This document shows, one piece after another, positions 9,804 to 20,138 of a DNA stretch of 64,000 nt. The stretch's first letter is position 1; each line of letters starts with the position of its first letter. Below the pieces are notes generated by a model. It made no database searches and was not told the DNA's origin. It saw only the letters and a program-made list of their open reading frames with translations. Position numbers and translations under genes: made by a program. The stretch covers positions 20,903 through 84,902 of the forward strand of contig JAHLAX010000005.1 in NCBI GenBank assembly GCA_020625875.1. Reading direction: 5' to 3'. This DNA comes from a bacterium. Its GTDB lineage: Bacteria; Bacillota; Clostridia; Oscillospirales; Acutalibacteraceae.

Positions 9804-10937
9804 ATGCCGGTCTGGTGGGGAATATTTGCGTATATGATGATAGTTTCAATATTCGGTATGGCTATGTACAAAGCCAAAGTGCAGAATGCTACACTCGGAC
9901 CTGTTGACGATTCCTCTTCTGTGGTTAATTATAAATCTATCGGATTATTCTTTGCGTTGGCTACATTTGCTTTGCTCGTGTATTTTGCGGGGCAAAGGAG
10001 CTTTATTTTTGATAGTACTGACTATCAGTATGCTTATGAAAACTATTATACAGATGAATTGGATCAAATTACAGAGATTATTCAAGGAAAAGCTGGAGGA
10101 AAAGGTCCGCTTTACTGTATTGTTCTTGTTATTTTTAAACACTTTACACACGGAACATATAATGATTGGTTTACCTTTGTTGCGTTAATTCAGTGTGTAA
10201 GTATTGCCTTGTTTTTATATAAGTATTCTATTAATTTTACTTATAGCATTTATTTTTTCTTTACAACAAGTACTTTTTTATGGCTTGTAAATGGTATGAG
10301 GCAGTTTTTAGCCGTTGCAGTTATTCTGTTTTTTGTTGATTGGATTAAAGAACGTAAAACAATTCCATTTATTATTGTTATAATAGTTGCTTACTTTATT
10401 CATTCTTCATCACTATTTTGGCTTCCAGTTTATTTCATTATTAACTACGAGCCGTGGTCGAGAAAATTTATTATATTTAGTATTATATTGACAGTTGCGC
10501 TTTTTCTATATTCAAGATCATCATTTGTTGAGGATACGGACTATGCATATTTAAGTAATCTCAGCAATCATAATGGTGTTAACCCTTTTCGTGTTTTAGT
10601 TATGGCAATTCCTTCTATAATAGCGTTTGCCAGGCGCAAAATAATAAATGAAGTAGCGTCTCCGTTTGTGAAGGTATGGGTTAATCTATCGGTTATTACC
10701 ACGGAATGTTATATTGTGGGAATGTTTACATCCGGAGTTATGGGAAGAATGCCAATGTATTTTCAGTTATTCAATCTAATGTTGCTTCCTTGGCTATTAA
10801 AAAATGCTTTTGACGAGAGCATGGGTAAATCGATTCTTTTAGCTTCGTTAATTGGTTATTTTGCATATTTTTGGTATGATATGTATATTGCTGGAAACGG
10901 AGTATATAATAGTATACCATTAGATTTACACTTTTAA
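9804..10937 (+). CDS. EpsG-family polysaccharide polymerase (Wzy-like)
   Basis: Multi-TM protein; D..Y...Y, NGMRQFLA and FIHSS motifs. Confidence 0.85.
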   Translation: MPVWWGIFAYMMIVSIFGMAMYKAKVQNATLGPVDDSSSVVNYKSIGLFFALATFALLVYFAGQRSFIFDSTDYQYAYENYYTDELDQITEIIQGKAGGKGPLYCIVLVIFKHFTHGTYNDWFTFVALIQCVSIALFLYKYSINFTYSIYFFFTTSTFLWLVNGMRQFLAVAVILFFVDWIKERKTIPFIIVIIVAYFIHSSSLFWLPVYFIINYEPWSRKFIIFSIILTVALFLYSRSSFVEDTDYAYLSNLSNHNGVNPFRVLVMAIPSIIAFARRKIINEVASPFVKVWVNLSVITTECYIVGMFTSGVMGRMPMYFQLFNLMLLPWLLKNAFDESMGKSILLASLIGYFAYFWYDMYIAGNGVYNSIPLDLHF

Positions 10938-10942
10938 TAATT

Positions 10943-12061
10943 ATGAATGTAAAAAAAATACTGTTTATTATCCCAACTCTTTCTCATGGTGGGGCAGAAA
11001 AGGTTCTTGTAAACCTTGTTAATAACCTTGACAAAAACATATTTGATATAACAGTCCAGACGCTTTTTGACGGAGGAGTTAACAAGCAATATCTTAAATC
11101 TCACATAAAGACAAAATCGGTTTTTAAAAAAGTCTTTCCCGCTAATTCATACTTATTTGCGCTGTTTTCTCCAGAGCTTCTTTATAAGCGTTTTATAAAG
11201 GAACACTACGATATTATTGTATCTTATCTTGAGGGACCGACAGCTCGAATTGTGAGTGGCTGTACTGATGAGAACACAAAGCTTGTCAGCTGGATTCACT
11301 GTAAAATGGACACAGAGAAAGCTGCTTCTGTTGGATTCAGAAGCTTTAAAGAAGCTAAAAAGTGTTATAACAAGTTTGACTATACCGCATGTGTTTCGCA
11401 GTGGGTAAAGAACTGGTTTGTTGATACTTTTGATTTCAAAAAGCCTATCGGCGTGCTGTACAACACTATAGAGACCGATGAAATTATCGCAAAATCAAAT
11501 GAACCGATAGATGATGTTGACTTTGATAAAGATGTTTTCAATATCATTTCAGTTGGCAAGATAATTGCAGTCAAAGCCTTTATACGGCTTGCTCATATAC
11601 ATAAAAGACTGCTCGATGATGGCATAAAGAATCATATATACATTCTCGGTGTCGGCGATGAGCAATCGAAGATTGAAAAGTATATAGCCGAAAATAATCT
11701 GACTGATACTTTTACGTTCTTAGGCTACAACACAAATCCGTACAAATATGTTAAGGCTTGTGATTTGTATGTTTGCTCGTCATTGAGCGAGGGATTCAGT
11801 ACCTCTGTAACCGAGTCATTGATTGTCGGAACGCCTGTTGTTACTACATTATGTTCCGGTATGCAGGAGATGCTCGGCGAAAATAATGAATACGGTATTG
11901 TGACCGAGAATAACGAGGACGCGCTTTATGAAGGCGTAAAGAAAATGCTGACAACACCAAATATGTTTGAGGATTATGCGCAAAAGGCGCTAGAGCGCGG
12001 CAAATTTTTCAGCACAGAAAAGACTACGAAAGCAGTAGAGGACATGCTATTGAATCTATGA
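10943..12061 (+). CDS. Glycosyltransferase family 4
   Basis: GGAEKVLVNL, NPYKY, SSLSEGF. Confidence 0.92.
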   Translation: MNVKKILFIIPTLSHGGAEKVLVNLVNNLDKNIFDITVQTLFDGGVNKQYLKSHIKTKSVFKKVFPANSYLFALFSPELLYKRFIKEHYDIIVSYLEGPTARIVSGCTDENTKLVSWIHCKMDTEKAASVGFRSFKEAKKCYNKFDYTACVSQWVKNWFVDTFDFKKPIGVLYNTIETDEIIAKSNEPIDDVDFDKDVFNIISVGKIIAVKAFIRLAHIHKRLLDDGIKNHIYILGVGDEQSKIEKYIAENNLTDTFTFLGYNTNPYKYVKACDLYVCSSLSEGFSTSVTESLIVGTPVVTTLCSGMQEMLGENNEYGIVTENNEDALYEGVKKMLTTPNMFEDYAQKALERGKFFSTEKTTKAVEDMLLNL

Positions 12062-12071
12062 GGAGGAAGTT

Positions 12072-13265
12072 ATGAAACACGGATTTTATTTCAGATTTTA
12101 CCGAATGTTTCATAATGAAGCTCTGTGTTGTTTTCTGGCAAGCTTGGCGTACTTTTTGTATTGTGTAAAGTTTTTTATCAAAAAAGCGCTTCGCAAGAAA
12201 GTAAAGTCAACTATGTCTGTTGATGAATCCCGCAGGATAATTGATGAAGTTTATCCAAAGCCAGAGTCAAATCCAGAGTACATAAATCCTGAAATTGACG
12301 AAAACCTCGATTTATCAATTGTCATTCCTGTTTACAACTATGCCGACATTCTCGAGGACAATATCAACTCTATTCTGAATCAAAAAACTTCTTATAAATT
12401 TGAGGCGATATTTGTTGACGATGGATCAACTGACGGCGCGCAAGACATTCTCAGAAAATACGAGAATCACCCGAATGTTAAGCTGATTTTTCAACAAAAC
12501 GGCGGCATAGGCGCAGCGAGAAATACAGGTATCAATCACGCAAACGGCAAATACCTGATCTTTGTTGACTGCGACGATATCGTTCATGATGACATCGTTG
12601 AAACGCTTTTGAGCAAGGCTTATGAGCAGGATTTGGATATGGTAGTTGCCGCTCATAATCTTGTTAAGGAAAAGAACGGCGAGGTTTATGAGGTTGTTCC
12701 GAATGTTTATCCTCAGAAGAACCTTATCGGATTCAAAAACGGCGATGAGATTATGAATCTCCCCGGACTTCCGTGGGCGAAAGTTTATAAGCGAGAGCTT
12801 TGGAATAATGTGAGATTTTTTCCGGGATATTGGTATGAGGATACAATTGTCCAGCCATTGATATTTACTCAAGTTAAATCCTATTCATATATTCCTAAAG
12901 TAGTATATGAATACAAATGGTATGAGAAGAATTTTTCACATACACAGAATGATTCAAAGAAAATCAGGACAATCGAAAGATACTGGATTTTAGAAGAAAT
13001 CCTTAATCAGTATGAAAAATCAAACTTTGCGAAAGACGCTAAGTTTTATACGTTGCTGTTAAGGCATTATTCATCCTACTACTATCCGTTTATTAAAGGT
13101 CTTGACAGCAAGGTCGTTGAGGCACTCTTTGTGCTTGCGAAAGAAGAAATAGATAAGTATAAACCAAAAGAAAGAGTTAAGCTGCCATATGTTCTGAAAT
13201 ATGTTGACAAAGCGTTTTCTGAGAATGATATGTCACTGTGGCAGATATCAAGTTGTTATCAATAA
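12072..13265 (+). CDS. Glycosyltransferase family 2
   Basis: SIVIPVYN, DDGSTD, ARNTG, FVDCDD. Confidence 0.92.
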   Translation: MKHGFYFRFYRMFHNEALCCFLASLAYFLYCVKFFIKKALRKKVKSTMSVDESRRIIDEVYPKPESNPEYINPEIDENLDLSIVIPVYNYADILEDNINSILNQKTSYKFEAIFVDDGSTDGAQDILRKYENHPNVKLIFQQNGGIGAARNTGINHANGKYLIFVDCDDIVHDDIVETLLSKAYEQDLDMVVAAHNLVKEKNGEVYEVVPNVYPQKNLIGFKNGDEIMNLPGLPWAKVYKRELWNNVRFFPGYWYEDTIVQPLIFTQVKSYSYIPKVVYEYKWYEKNFSHTQNDSKKIRTIERYWILEEILNQYEKSNFAKDAKFYTLLLRHYSSYYYPFIKGLDSKVVEALFVLAKEEIDKYKPKERVKLPYVLKYVDKAFSENDMSLWQISSCYQ

Positions 13266-13268
13266 AAT

Positions 13269-14237
13269 ATGGATAAAATCTCTGTAATAGTTCCTGCTTA
13301 CAACTGTCAGGATACTATAGAACGATGCATAAAAAGCATACAAAATCAAACGTATAAGAATCTGGAAATCATTGTTGTTAATGATGGCTCTACAGATAAT
13401 ACAGAGGCAGTTCTTTTTGCTTTACAAAGCAATGATGAAAGAATAAAAGTGATTTCTATCCCAAATGGAGGAGTTTCGCACGCAAGAAATACTGGTTTAG
13501 ATAATTCTACAGGAGATTATATAACTTTTGTCGATTCAGATGATTACATTGACAAAGAAATGTATGATATTCTCTATAACTTAATAAAAGAGTATGATGT
13601 AAAAATAGCTCATTGCAGTTATAAAAATGTTGATGGTGAAGCTATTGTTTCCGTAGGGGATACAGGGGATATTACCGTTCAGAATCATGATGAAGCAATG
13701 ATGTGTTTGTTGAGTGGGAAACTGTTCTCAGGCGGTATATGGAACAAGCTGTACAAGAAAGAACTGTTTACTGATATTCGTTTTGATGAAAGCATCAGGA
13801 TTAACGAGGATGTGCTTGCTAATTTTGAACTTTTTGATTTGGTAGACAAATCTGTTTTTGTCGATATGGCGTTGTATTCATATGTAGTGAATAATGATAG
13901 CGCTACGCATTCAATGAGAACCAGCGAAGGTCCTGAACAGGTTTTATATGTTGCTAAAAAAATGCAGGAAAAATCATTAAACAAACCTTATCAGAATGAA
14001 GCGGATTATCGTGTCGCTTATCTTTCCTTGAATTTATATAAGTCATATGTGCTTCTCAATAATTCTGATGAAAAAAGCAAACGCAAAAGCATAAAGAAAA
14101 CGCTAAAAAGCTATAAGGCTTTGTTTACTAAAAAGGATAAGTTGAATTATTATTTGTTAATTATTGTTCCCAGTATTTATAGATTGGCATTTAGAGTTTA
14201 TGATAAAAAGAGAGTAAAACAACTCGATCCTTCATAA
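13269..14237 (+). CDS. Glycosyltransferase family 2
   Basis: ISVIVPAYN, NDGSTD, FVDSDD, WNKLY. Confidence 0.93.
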   Translation: MDKISVIVPAYNCQDTIERCIKSIQNQTYKNLEIIVVNDGSTDNTEAVLFALQSNDERIKVISIPNGGVSHARNTGLDNSTGDYITFVDSDDYIDKEMYDILYNLIKEYDVKIAHCSYKNVDGEAIVSVGDTGDITVQNHDEAMMCLLSGKLFSGGIWNKLYKKELFTDIRFDESIRINEDVLANFELFDLVDKSVFVDMALYSYVVNNDSATHSMRTSEGPEQVLYVAKKMQEKSLNKPYQNEADYRVAYLSLNLYKSYVLLNNSDEKSKRKSIKKTLKSYKALFTKKDKLNYYLLIIVPSIYRLAFRVYDKKRVKQLDPS

Positions 14238-14247
14238 TAGATAATAG

Positions 14248-15222
14248 GTGAAAAATATGAATCAACCGTTAATTAGTGTTATTGTCCCTATTTATAATGT
14301 TGAAAAGTACCTCGACCGTTGTGTTGAGAGTATTGTCAATCAAACATATATGAACCTTGAGATAATACTTGTTGATGATGGTTCGCCTGATAATTGCCCT
14401 AAAATGTGTGACGAATGGGCACAAAAGGATACTCGTATAAAAGTAATACATAAAGAAAACGGGGGGCTTTCTGATGCGCGAAATGCAGGAATGCCTTTTG
14501 TGACAGGTGAGATTGTCTCGTTTATTGATTCTGATGACTGGATTGAGCTTAATATGTTTGAAAAAATGCTCAGTCAAATGCAGAAGGACAATAGCGATAT
14601 TGTTTCCTGTGGTGTCAAATGGGTTGAGGAAGATGGTGTCGTAATCAGGGATGTTACAGTAAGTAAGAACGAAGTTCTTGATACCCATTCCGCTATGAAA
14701 GAGCTTATCAATGATAATAAATTAAAGCAGCACGTTTGGAATAAAATTTACAAGCACGATTTGATAAAAGATATTCCTTTTGAAAAGGGCAAATATCACG
14801 AGGACGTTTTCTGGTCGTATCAGATTGTCGGACGAGCAAAGAAGATTTCAGTAATTGTCGATTCTTTTTACAACTACGTTCAGCGCTCAAATAGTATTAT
14901 GGGTGAGGGGTTTTCAGCAAAACGGTTGGATTCTCTTGAAGCCAATGAGTTGCGTTGCAAGTATATGAAAAAGAACTTTCCCGAACTGTACGACAATGCA
15001 CTTTATGTATATATCGGCAGTTGTCATTATCAACTACAATGTGCTGTTAGAGCAAATCAGCCTAAAGAGATAATTGAAAATATAAAGAACAGAACAGTTT
15101 TTAGAAAAACAGGGCATCCTGCACGTGTAATAGCATTTAAGCAAAAAATCTTGTATTATTTGTTTACATTCTTTCCAATGACAACTTGTAGAATTAGAAA
15201 TCGTTTAGGAAAAGGATTATAA
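14248..15222 (+). CDS. Glycosyltransferase family 2
   Basis: ISVIVPIYNVEKYL, DDGSPD, FIDSDD, HED. Confidence 0.93.
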   Translation: MKNMNQPLISVIVPIYNVEKYLDRCVESIVNQTYMNLEIILVDDGSPDNCPKMCDEWAQKDTRIKVIHKENGGLSDARNAGMPFVTGEIVSFIDSDDWIELNMFEKMLSQMQKDNSDIVSCGVKWVEEDGVVIRDVTVSKNEVLDTHSAMKELINDNKLKQHVWNKIYKHDLIKDIPFEKGKYHEDVFWSYQIVGRAKKISVIVDSFYNYVQRSNSIMGEGFSAKRLDSLEANELRCKYMKKNFPELYDNALYVYIGSCHYQLQCAVRANQPKEIIENIKNRTVFRKTGHPARVIAFKQKILYYLFTFFPMTTCRIRNRLGKGL

Positions 15223-16320
15223 ATGAAGAAAGTAATGATAGTTTTTGGTACGAGACCTGAGGCGATTAAGATGTGTCCTCTTGTCAACGAGCTGAAATGC
15301 AGAGAAAACATAATAACAAAGGTTTGTGTAACAGGTCAGCACCGCCAGATGCTCGATCAGGTACTTGATGCGTTTAATGTCGTTCCTGATTACGACCTTA
15401 GCATAATGAAGGACAAGCAGACTCTGTTTGATATTACCACCAATATTCTCAACAGAATCCGTGAGGTGCTTGAAACCGAAAAGCCTGATGTTGTGCTTGT
15501 TCACGGGGACACTTCCACAACTTTCGTGACTGCGCTCGCATGCTACTATTTGCAAATTCCTGTAGGTCATGTCGAGGCGGGACTGAGAACTTATAACATA
15601 TACTCTCCATACCCCGAGGAGTTTAACCGCGAGGCAGTAGGAATAATCAGTAGCTATAATTTTGCTCCGACTGAGTTTTCTAAGCAAAATCTTATTCGCG
15701 AGGGTAAAAATCCTGACACAATCTATGTTACAGGCAATACGGTGATTGACGCGCTCAAGACGACCGTGCGTGAAGATTATTCTAATTCTGAGCTTGATTG
15801 GGCAGCGGACAGCAGATTGATTTTGCTTACCGCCCACCGCAGAGAAAATCTTGGCGTGCCCATGCACAGAATGTTCAGAGCAATTCGCAGGATTGTAGAG
15901 GAAACCCCTGATGTGAAGGTTATATATCCGATACATATGAATCCTGTTGTTCGCAAGGCAGCGGATGATGAGCTGAAGAACAACGATAGAATTCGTCTTA
16001 TCGAGCCTCTTGATGTACTTGATTTTCACAATTTTATGGCGCATAGTTATTTGATTTTGACAGATAGCGGCGGTATTCAGGAGGAAGCACCTTCGCTCGG
16101 CAAGCCTGTGCTCGTTATGCGTGATACAACCGAGCGCCCCGAGGGAATTGAGGCTGGCACGCTGAAGCTTGTCGGAACAGACGAAGAAGTTATTTACAGA
16201 GAGTTCAAAAAGCTCCTTACAGATAAAGAAGAGTACGAAAAATTGAGCAAAGCCTCAAACCCCTACGGCGACGGCTTTGCAAGTAAAAGAATTGCGGATG
16301 TGTTAACAAATGAACCTTAA
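15223..16320 (+). CDS. wecB: UDP-N-acetylglucosamine 2-epimerase (non-hydrolysing)
   Basis: FGTRPEAIKM, TGQH, VHGDT, HVEAGLRT, TDSGGIQEEAP, ERPE. Confidence 0.96.
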   Translation: MKKVMIVFGTRPEAIKMCPLVNELKCRENIITKVCVTGQHRQMLDQVLDAFNVVPDYDLSIMKDKQTLFDITTNILNRIREVLETEKPDVVLVHGDTSTTFVTALACYYLQIPVGHVEAGLRTYNIYSPYPEEFNREAVGIISSYNFAPTEFSKQNLIREGKNPDTIYVTGNTVIDALKTTVREDYSNSELDWAADSRLILLTAHRRENLGVPMHRMFRAIRRIVEETPDVKVIYPIHMNPVVRKAADDELKNNDRIRLIEPLDVLDFHNFMAHSYLILTDSGGIQEEAPSLGKPVLVMRDTTERPEGIEAGTLKLVGTDEEVIYREFKKLLTDKEEYEKLSKASNPYGDGFASKRIADVLTNEP

Positions 16321-16861
16321 ATGTATAATCCGAAAATTTGTTCGAGGAAGAGAAGCTTCTGAACAAGCAGAGCTAAAATTCTTATTGGACGATGGTTTGA
16401 AATTAGGGGAGAATGTTAGAAACTATTCACCTTTCGGCATTGATAGTGAATGGCCGTGGCTTATAAGCATTGGAAATAACACCATGATTTCAACAAATGT
16501 GAAAATATTAGCTCATGATGCATCAACAGGTTTTTTAGGGATAGGAACTAAAGTTGGAAGAGTAGATATAGGTTGTAATTGCTTTATTGGTAGTGGAAGT
16601 ATTATACTCTGTGATACCAAAATTGGAGATAATGTTATTATTGGTGCAGGATCTGTTGTTACAAAGAATTTACAATCCAATTGCGTTTATGCTGGTAATC
16701 CAGCCAAATTAATATGTACAATTGATCAATTAAAAGAAAAACATAAAAACAGCGGTGTTGTTTTTGATAAGTACAGATGGAACGAATGGAAAAATGCTAC
16801 ATTAGAAGAAAAAGAAGAAATGCGTTTAGAGTGTGAAAAAATGCATGGTTACGTAAAATAA
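16310..16861 (+). CDS. Hexapeptide-repeat (left-handed beta-helix) acetyltransferase
   Basis: IGxNxxIG repeats, IGAGSVVTK, YAGNPAK. Confidence 0.88.
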   Translation: MNLKCIIRKFVRGREASEQAELKFLLDDGLKLGENVRNYSPFGIDSEWPWLISIGNNTMISTNVKILAHDASTGFLGIGTKVGRVDIGCNCFIGSGSIILCDTKIGDNVIIGAGSVVTKNLQSNCVYAGNPAKLICTIDQLKEKHKNSGVVFDKYRWNEWKNATLEEKEEMRLECEKMHGYVK

Positions 16862-16885
16862 CTCTTCCGTTTGGAGTGTATTAAA

Positions 16886-17752
16886 ATGAATAATAGTCTT
16901 GTTTCAATAGTCTTACCGATTTATAACGGTGAAAAATATATGAGACAAAGTATAGAAAGCGTTATTAATCAGACGTATAAGAATTGGGAATTAATTATTA
17001 TTGACGATTGTTCTTCTGATAATACTCCTATAATCGCTAAAGAATACGCTGAGAAAGACAATCGAATCAGATATTATCGTAATGAAACTAATTTGAAGCT
17101 CCCGAGAGGATTGAACAGAGGCTTTTCGTTATCAAAAGGTGAATATTTAACTTGGACTTCTGATGATAATTTGTATTTGCCAACTGCTATTGAAAGAATG
17201 GTATCAGCGATTGAGACAGAAAACGCTGATTTTGTTTTTGCAACATGTGATGTTATTGATGAGAATGGGAATGTCGTTGAAATAATAAAGGCTCCAAAGG
17301 ATTATAAAATAGCAATAATTGGAGGAGACTTTGTGGGAGCATGTTTTTTGTATACCAGAAATGTATATGAAACTGTTGGCGATTATGATGTAAATAAGTT
17401 TTTGGTTGAGGACTATGATTATTGGCTGAGGATTTTTTATCGGTTTAATGTGTATAATATTGAAGATGTTTTGTATCAGTATAGATGGCACGATGGTGCA
17501 CTGACGAGTACTAAAAAAAAGGATAGAATAAACTCAATGTGTGAAAAAGTGCTCTGGGATAATATCGGAAATTACGGACGATTGAGCATTATTCAAAAAT
17601 ATTATTTTTATTCTCACTTGCATAGACTACGTCAATCAAAAGAAGATAAAAAGGAGAAAAACAAATACAAACTAAAAGCAGTTTTTTATAACATGTACTA
17701 TGTTTTGTTTTTTAGAATTCCTAATAAATTAAAGAGTTTTTCAAAGAAATAA
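16886..17752 (+). CDS. Glycosyltransferase family 2
   Basis: VSIVLPIYN, DDCSSD, WTSDDN, EDYDYW; ATG 16886 follows ggag. Confidence 0.92.
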   Translation: MNNSLVSIVLPIYNGEKYMRQSIESVINQTYKNWELIIIDDCSSDNTPIIAKEYAEKDNRIRYYRNETNLKLPRGLNRGFSLSKGEYLTWTSDDNLYLPTAIERMVSAIETENADFVFATCDVIDENGNVVEIIKAPKDYKIAIIGGDFVGACFLYTRNVYETVGDYDVNKFLVEDYDYWLRIFYRFNVYNIEDVLYQYRWHDGALTSTKKKDRINSMCEKVLWDNIGNYGRLSIIQKYYFYSHLHRLRQSKEDKKEKNKYKLKAVFYNMYYVLFFRIPNKLKSFSKK

Positions 17753-17772
17753 TAACCAGGAGTAGTGTTTTA

Positions 17773-19308
17773 ATGCCAAAAAGTCAATTAAGAATCGGAG
17801 CTGTACTGTCATATGTAAATATGGCTATAGGTACATTGATACCTATGTTCTACACTCCGATTATGCTCGAACTACTTGGACAAAGTGAATATGGATTATA
17901 CAAATTGTCAAGTAGCGTTACAAGCTATTTGTCGCTTATTTCTTTTGGAATAGGTTCAGCTATGGTACGGTATTTTACTAAGTATCGTACTGAAGGCGAT
18001 AAAGACGGAGAAGAAAGCATTTTTGGTTTGTTTAATGTTATTTTTATAGTTATTTCCGGATTAACTATTATCGCCGGTATTGTTGTAACTTTTTTCTTGG
18101 AATCTGTTTATGGAGTTTCTTTGACATCAGCTGGGCAGATTTTCAGACTTAAAGTCTTAGTTTTAGTTTTGTCTGCAACAACAGCTTTGAATTTTCTAAG
18201 TTCTCCTTATACGTCTGTTGTTACCAGCCATGAAAGATTTTTGTTTTTACAAATTATTAATATCTTGACGACCGTAATGGTTCCGATTGTTAATCTAATT
18301 GCTCTTTGTATGGGGTTTAAATCTATAGGATTAGCAGTTTCATCTTTTGGTTTAACAATTATTATTCGACTATTATATGTAATATATGTAAGAAAGAGTG
18401 TTAAATTAAAGCCAAATTATAAAAAAATGCCGAAGTTTCTTTTGAAAGAAATACTTATATTTTCATTCTGGGTTTTTGTGGCGAATATAGTTAATCAGTT
18501 ATATAATACTACCGATACATTAATTATCGGAGCAATTCCTGCTTTAGCTACAATAGGTGTTGCTATATATAATGTTGGGGTTACTTTTAATACAATGATG
18601 TTGAACTTTTCGTTAGGTATTTTGAATGTTTTAACTCCTAAAGTTAACGGAATGGTGTTTAGCGGGAAAAGCAATTCTGAATTAACTGATTTAATGATAA
18701 GAATTGGAAGATTACAGTGTTATATTGTGTCAATTGTCTGTTCAGGGTTTATTGCGTTTGGACAACCATTTATTAAATTATGGGCAGGTGAAGGCTACGA
18801 AGAAGCTTATTGGGTAGCCATAGTTACAATGATTCCTGCTTGTATACCATTGATTCAGAATGTAGCAATGAGTGTTATTGTTGCGCAAAATAAACACCGT
18901 TTTCGATCTTTAACTTATTTGTTTATTGCGATAGTCAATGTTGTTGGTACTATAATAAGTGTTAATCAATTTGGTATAGTCGGTGCAGCTGTTGTAACTG
19001 GTGTAGCAAATGTTGTTGGTCAAGGCTTTATTATGAACTGGTACTATTGGAAGAAAATTGGACTTGAGATTCCCCGTTTCTGGAAGAGTGTTTGGCATAT
19101 GTATATTATTCCTATATTGATGTGCGTTATTGCAATTATAATATCAAGTTTTATAGTCTTTAATTCATGGCTTATTATGTTTGCGGGAATAATAATATAT
19201 ACGATAGTTTTTATCATTCTTAATTGGATGTTTGTAATGAATGATTATGAAAAGGATATATTCAGGGGACCATTGAGAAAAATAAAGAATAAATTAAAGA
19301 AGGTTTAG
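17773..19308 (+). CDS. wzx: Wzx oligosaccharide flippase
   Basis: 511-aa multi-TM protein; GAVLSY..YTP..LGQSEYGLY MOP-family start. Confidence 0.88.
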   Translation: MPKSQLRIGAVLSYVNMAIGTLIPMFYTPIMLELLGQSEYGLYKLSSSVTSYLSLISFGIGSAMVRYFTKYRTEGDKDGEESIFGLFNVIFIVISGLTIIAGIVVTFFLESVYGVSLTSAGQIFRLKVLVLVLSATTALNFLSSPYTSVVTSHERFLFLQIINILTTVMVPIVNLIALCMGFKSIGLAVSSFGLTIIIRLLYVIYVRKSVKLKPNYKKMPKFLLKEILIFSFWVFVANIVNQLYNTTDTLIIGAIPALATIGVAIYNVGVTFNTMMLNFSLGILNVLTPKVNGMVFSGKSNSELTDLMIRIGRLQCYIVSIVCSGFIAFGQPFIKLWAGEGYEEAYWVAIVTMIPACIPLIQNVAMSVIVAQNKHRFRSLTYLFIAIVNVVGTIISVNQFGIVGAAVVTGVANVVGQGFIMNWYYWKKIGLEIPRFWKSVWHMYIIPILMCVIAIIISSFIVFNSWLIMFAGIIIYTIVFIILNWMFVMNDYEKDIFRGPLRKIKNKLKKV

Positions 19309-19309
19309 T

Positions 19310-20134
19310 ATGATGCACCCCATTAAATCAATAGTAGCACAAAATCAGAATCGAATGAATAAAAACTATGACAATTGTATATATGGACAAAAACTAAAAC
19401 AATTCAAAGATACGCATAAAGGTGAAACTTGTTTTATTATAGGTAATGGACCTTCGCTAAAGATTGATGATTTGACAAAGATTCATAAATTGGGAATTCC
19501 GTCTTTTGCGTTTAACAGGATTTTTTGCATATTTGACGAGACTCTGTGGCGACCAACATATTATGTTTCTCAGGATATTAATGTAACATATGGTATGGAA
19601 GAGCAGTTCAAAAACCTTGACTTAAAGCATAAGTTTTTACCGATTCGCTGGAAATGGTATGAGAACTTTACAATTCCGAACGCGTTATATTATAAAACAA
19701 TTATTTTAGAGGGCGATGTTTTCGGCTTTTCAAAAGATTTCGCCAAAGAAGTAGTTGATGCACCAACTGTTGCTTATACTGCCTTTCAGTTAGCGTACTA
19801 TATGGGCTTTAAGAGGTTTTATCTTATTGGTTTTGACCAGAATTATAAGATTTCAAAAGATAAGGACGGTAACATAATATTTAACGATAAGCTCGAAAAA
19901 GATTATGTTAGCGAAAAATATAGAAACGAAGAAACAGATGATTTAATTATCCCGAATCTTTACGAGATGAACAAGGCTTTTATTTCACTTGATCATCATA
20001 TTAAGAGCGGATACATTGACGTCGAGGCATATAACGCTACTCGCGGTGGAATGCTCGAAGTGTTCGAAAGAAAAGATTTGGATGAAGTATTTAAAACAAT
20101 AAAAAATGCTTTACATAAGAATACGAAGAGGTAG
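19310..20134 (+). CDS. DUF115/Maf (MptE-like) family protein, probable CMP-sugar-dependent transferase
   Basis: KDTHKGETCFIIGNGPSL, QLAYYMGFKRFYLIGFD, YNATRGGMLEVFER. Confidence 0.8.
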   Translation: MMHPIKSIVAQNQNRMNKNYDNCIYGQKLKQFKDTHKGETCFIIGNGPSLKIDDLTKIHKLGIPSFAFNRIFCIFDETLWRPTYYVSQDINVTYGMEEQFKNLDLKHKFLPIRWKWYENFTIPNALYYKTIILEGDVFGFSKDFAKEVVDAPTVAYTAFQLAYYMGFKRFYLIGFDQNYKISKDKDGNIIFNDKLEKDYVSEKYRNEETDDLIIPNLYEMNKAFISLDHHIKSGYIDVEAYNATRGGMLEVFERKDLDEVFKTIKNALHKNTKR

Positions 20135-20138
20135 AATC

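Noticed and set aside
15217-16044. 275-aa minus-strand ORF (and similar ORFs at 6154-6849, 8446-9111, 57532-58086)
   Set aside because: Antisense shadows of well-supported conserved genes.
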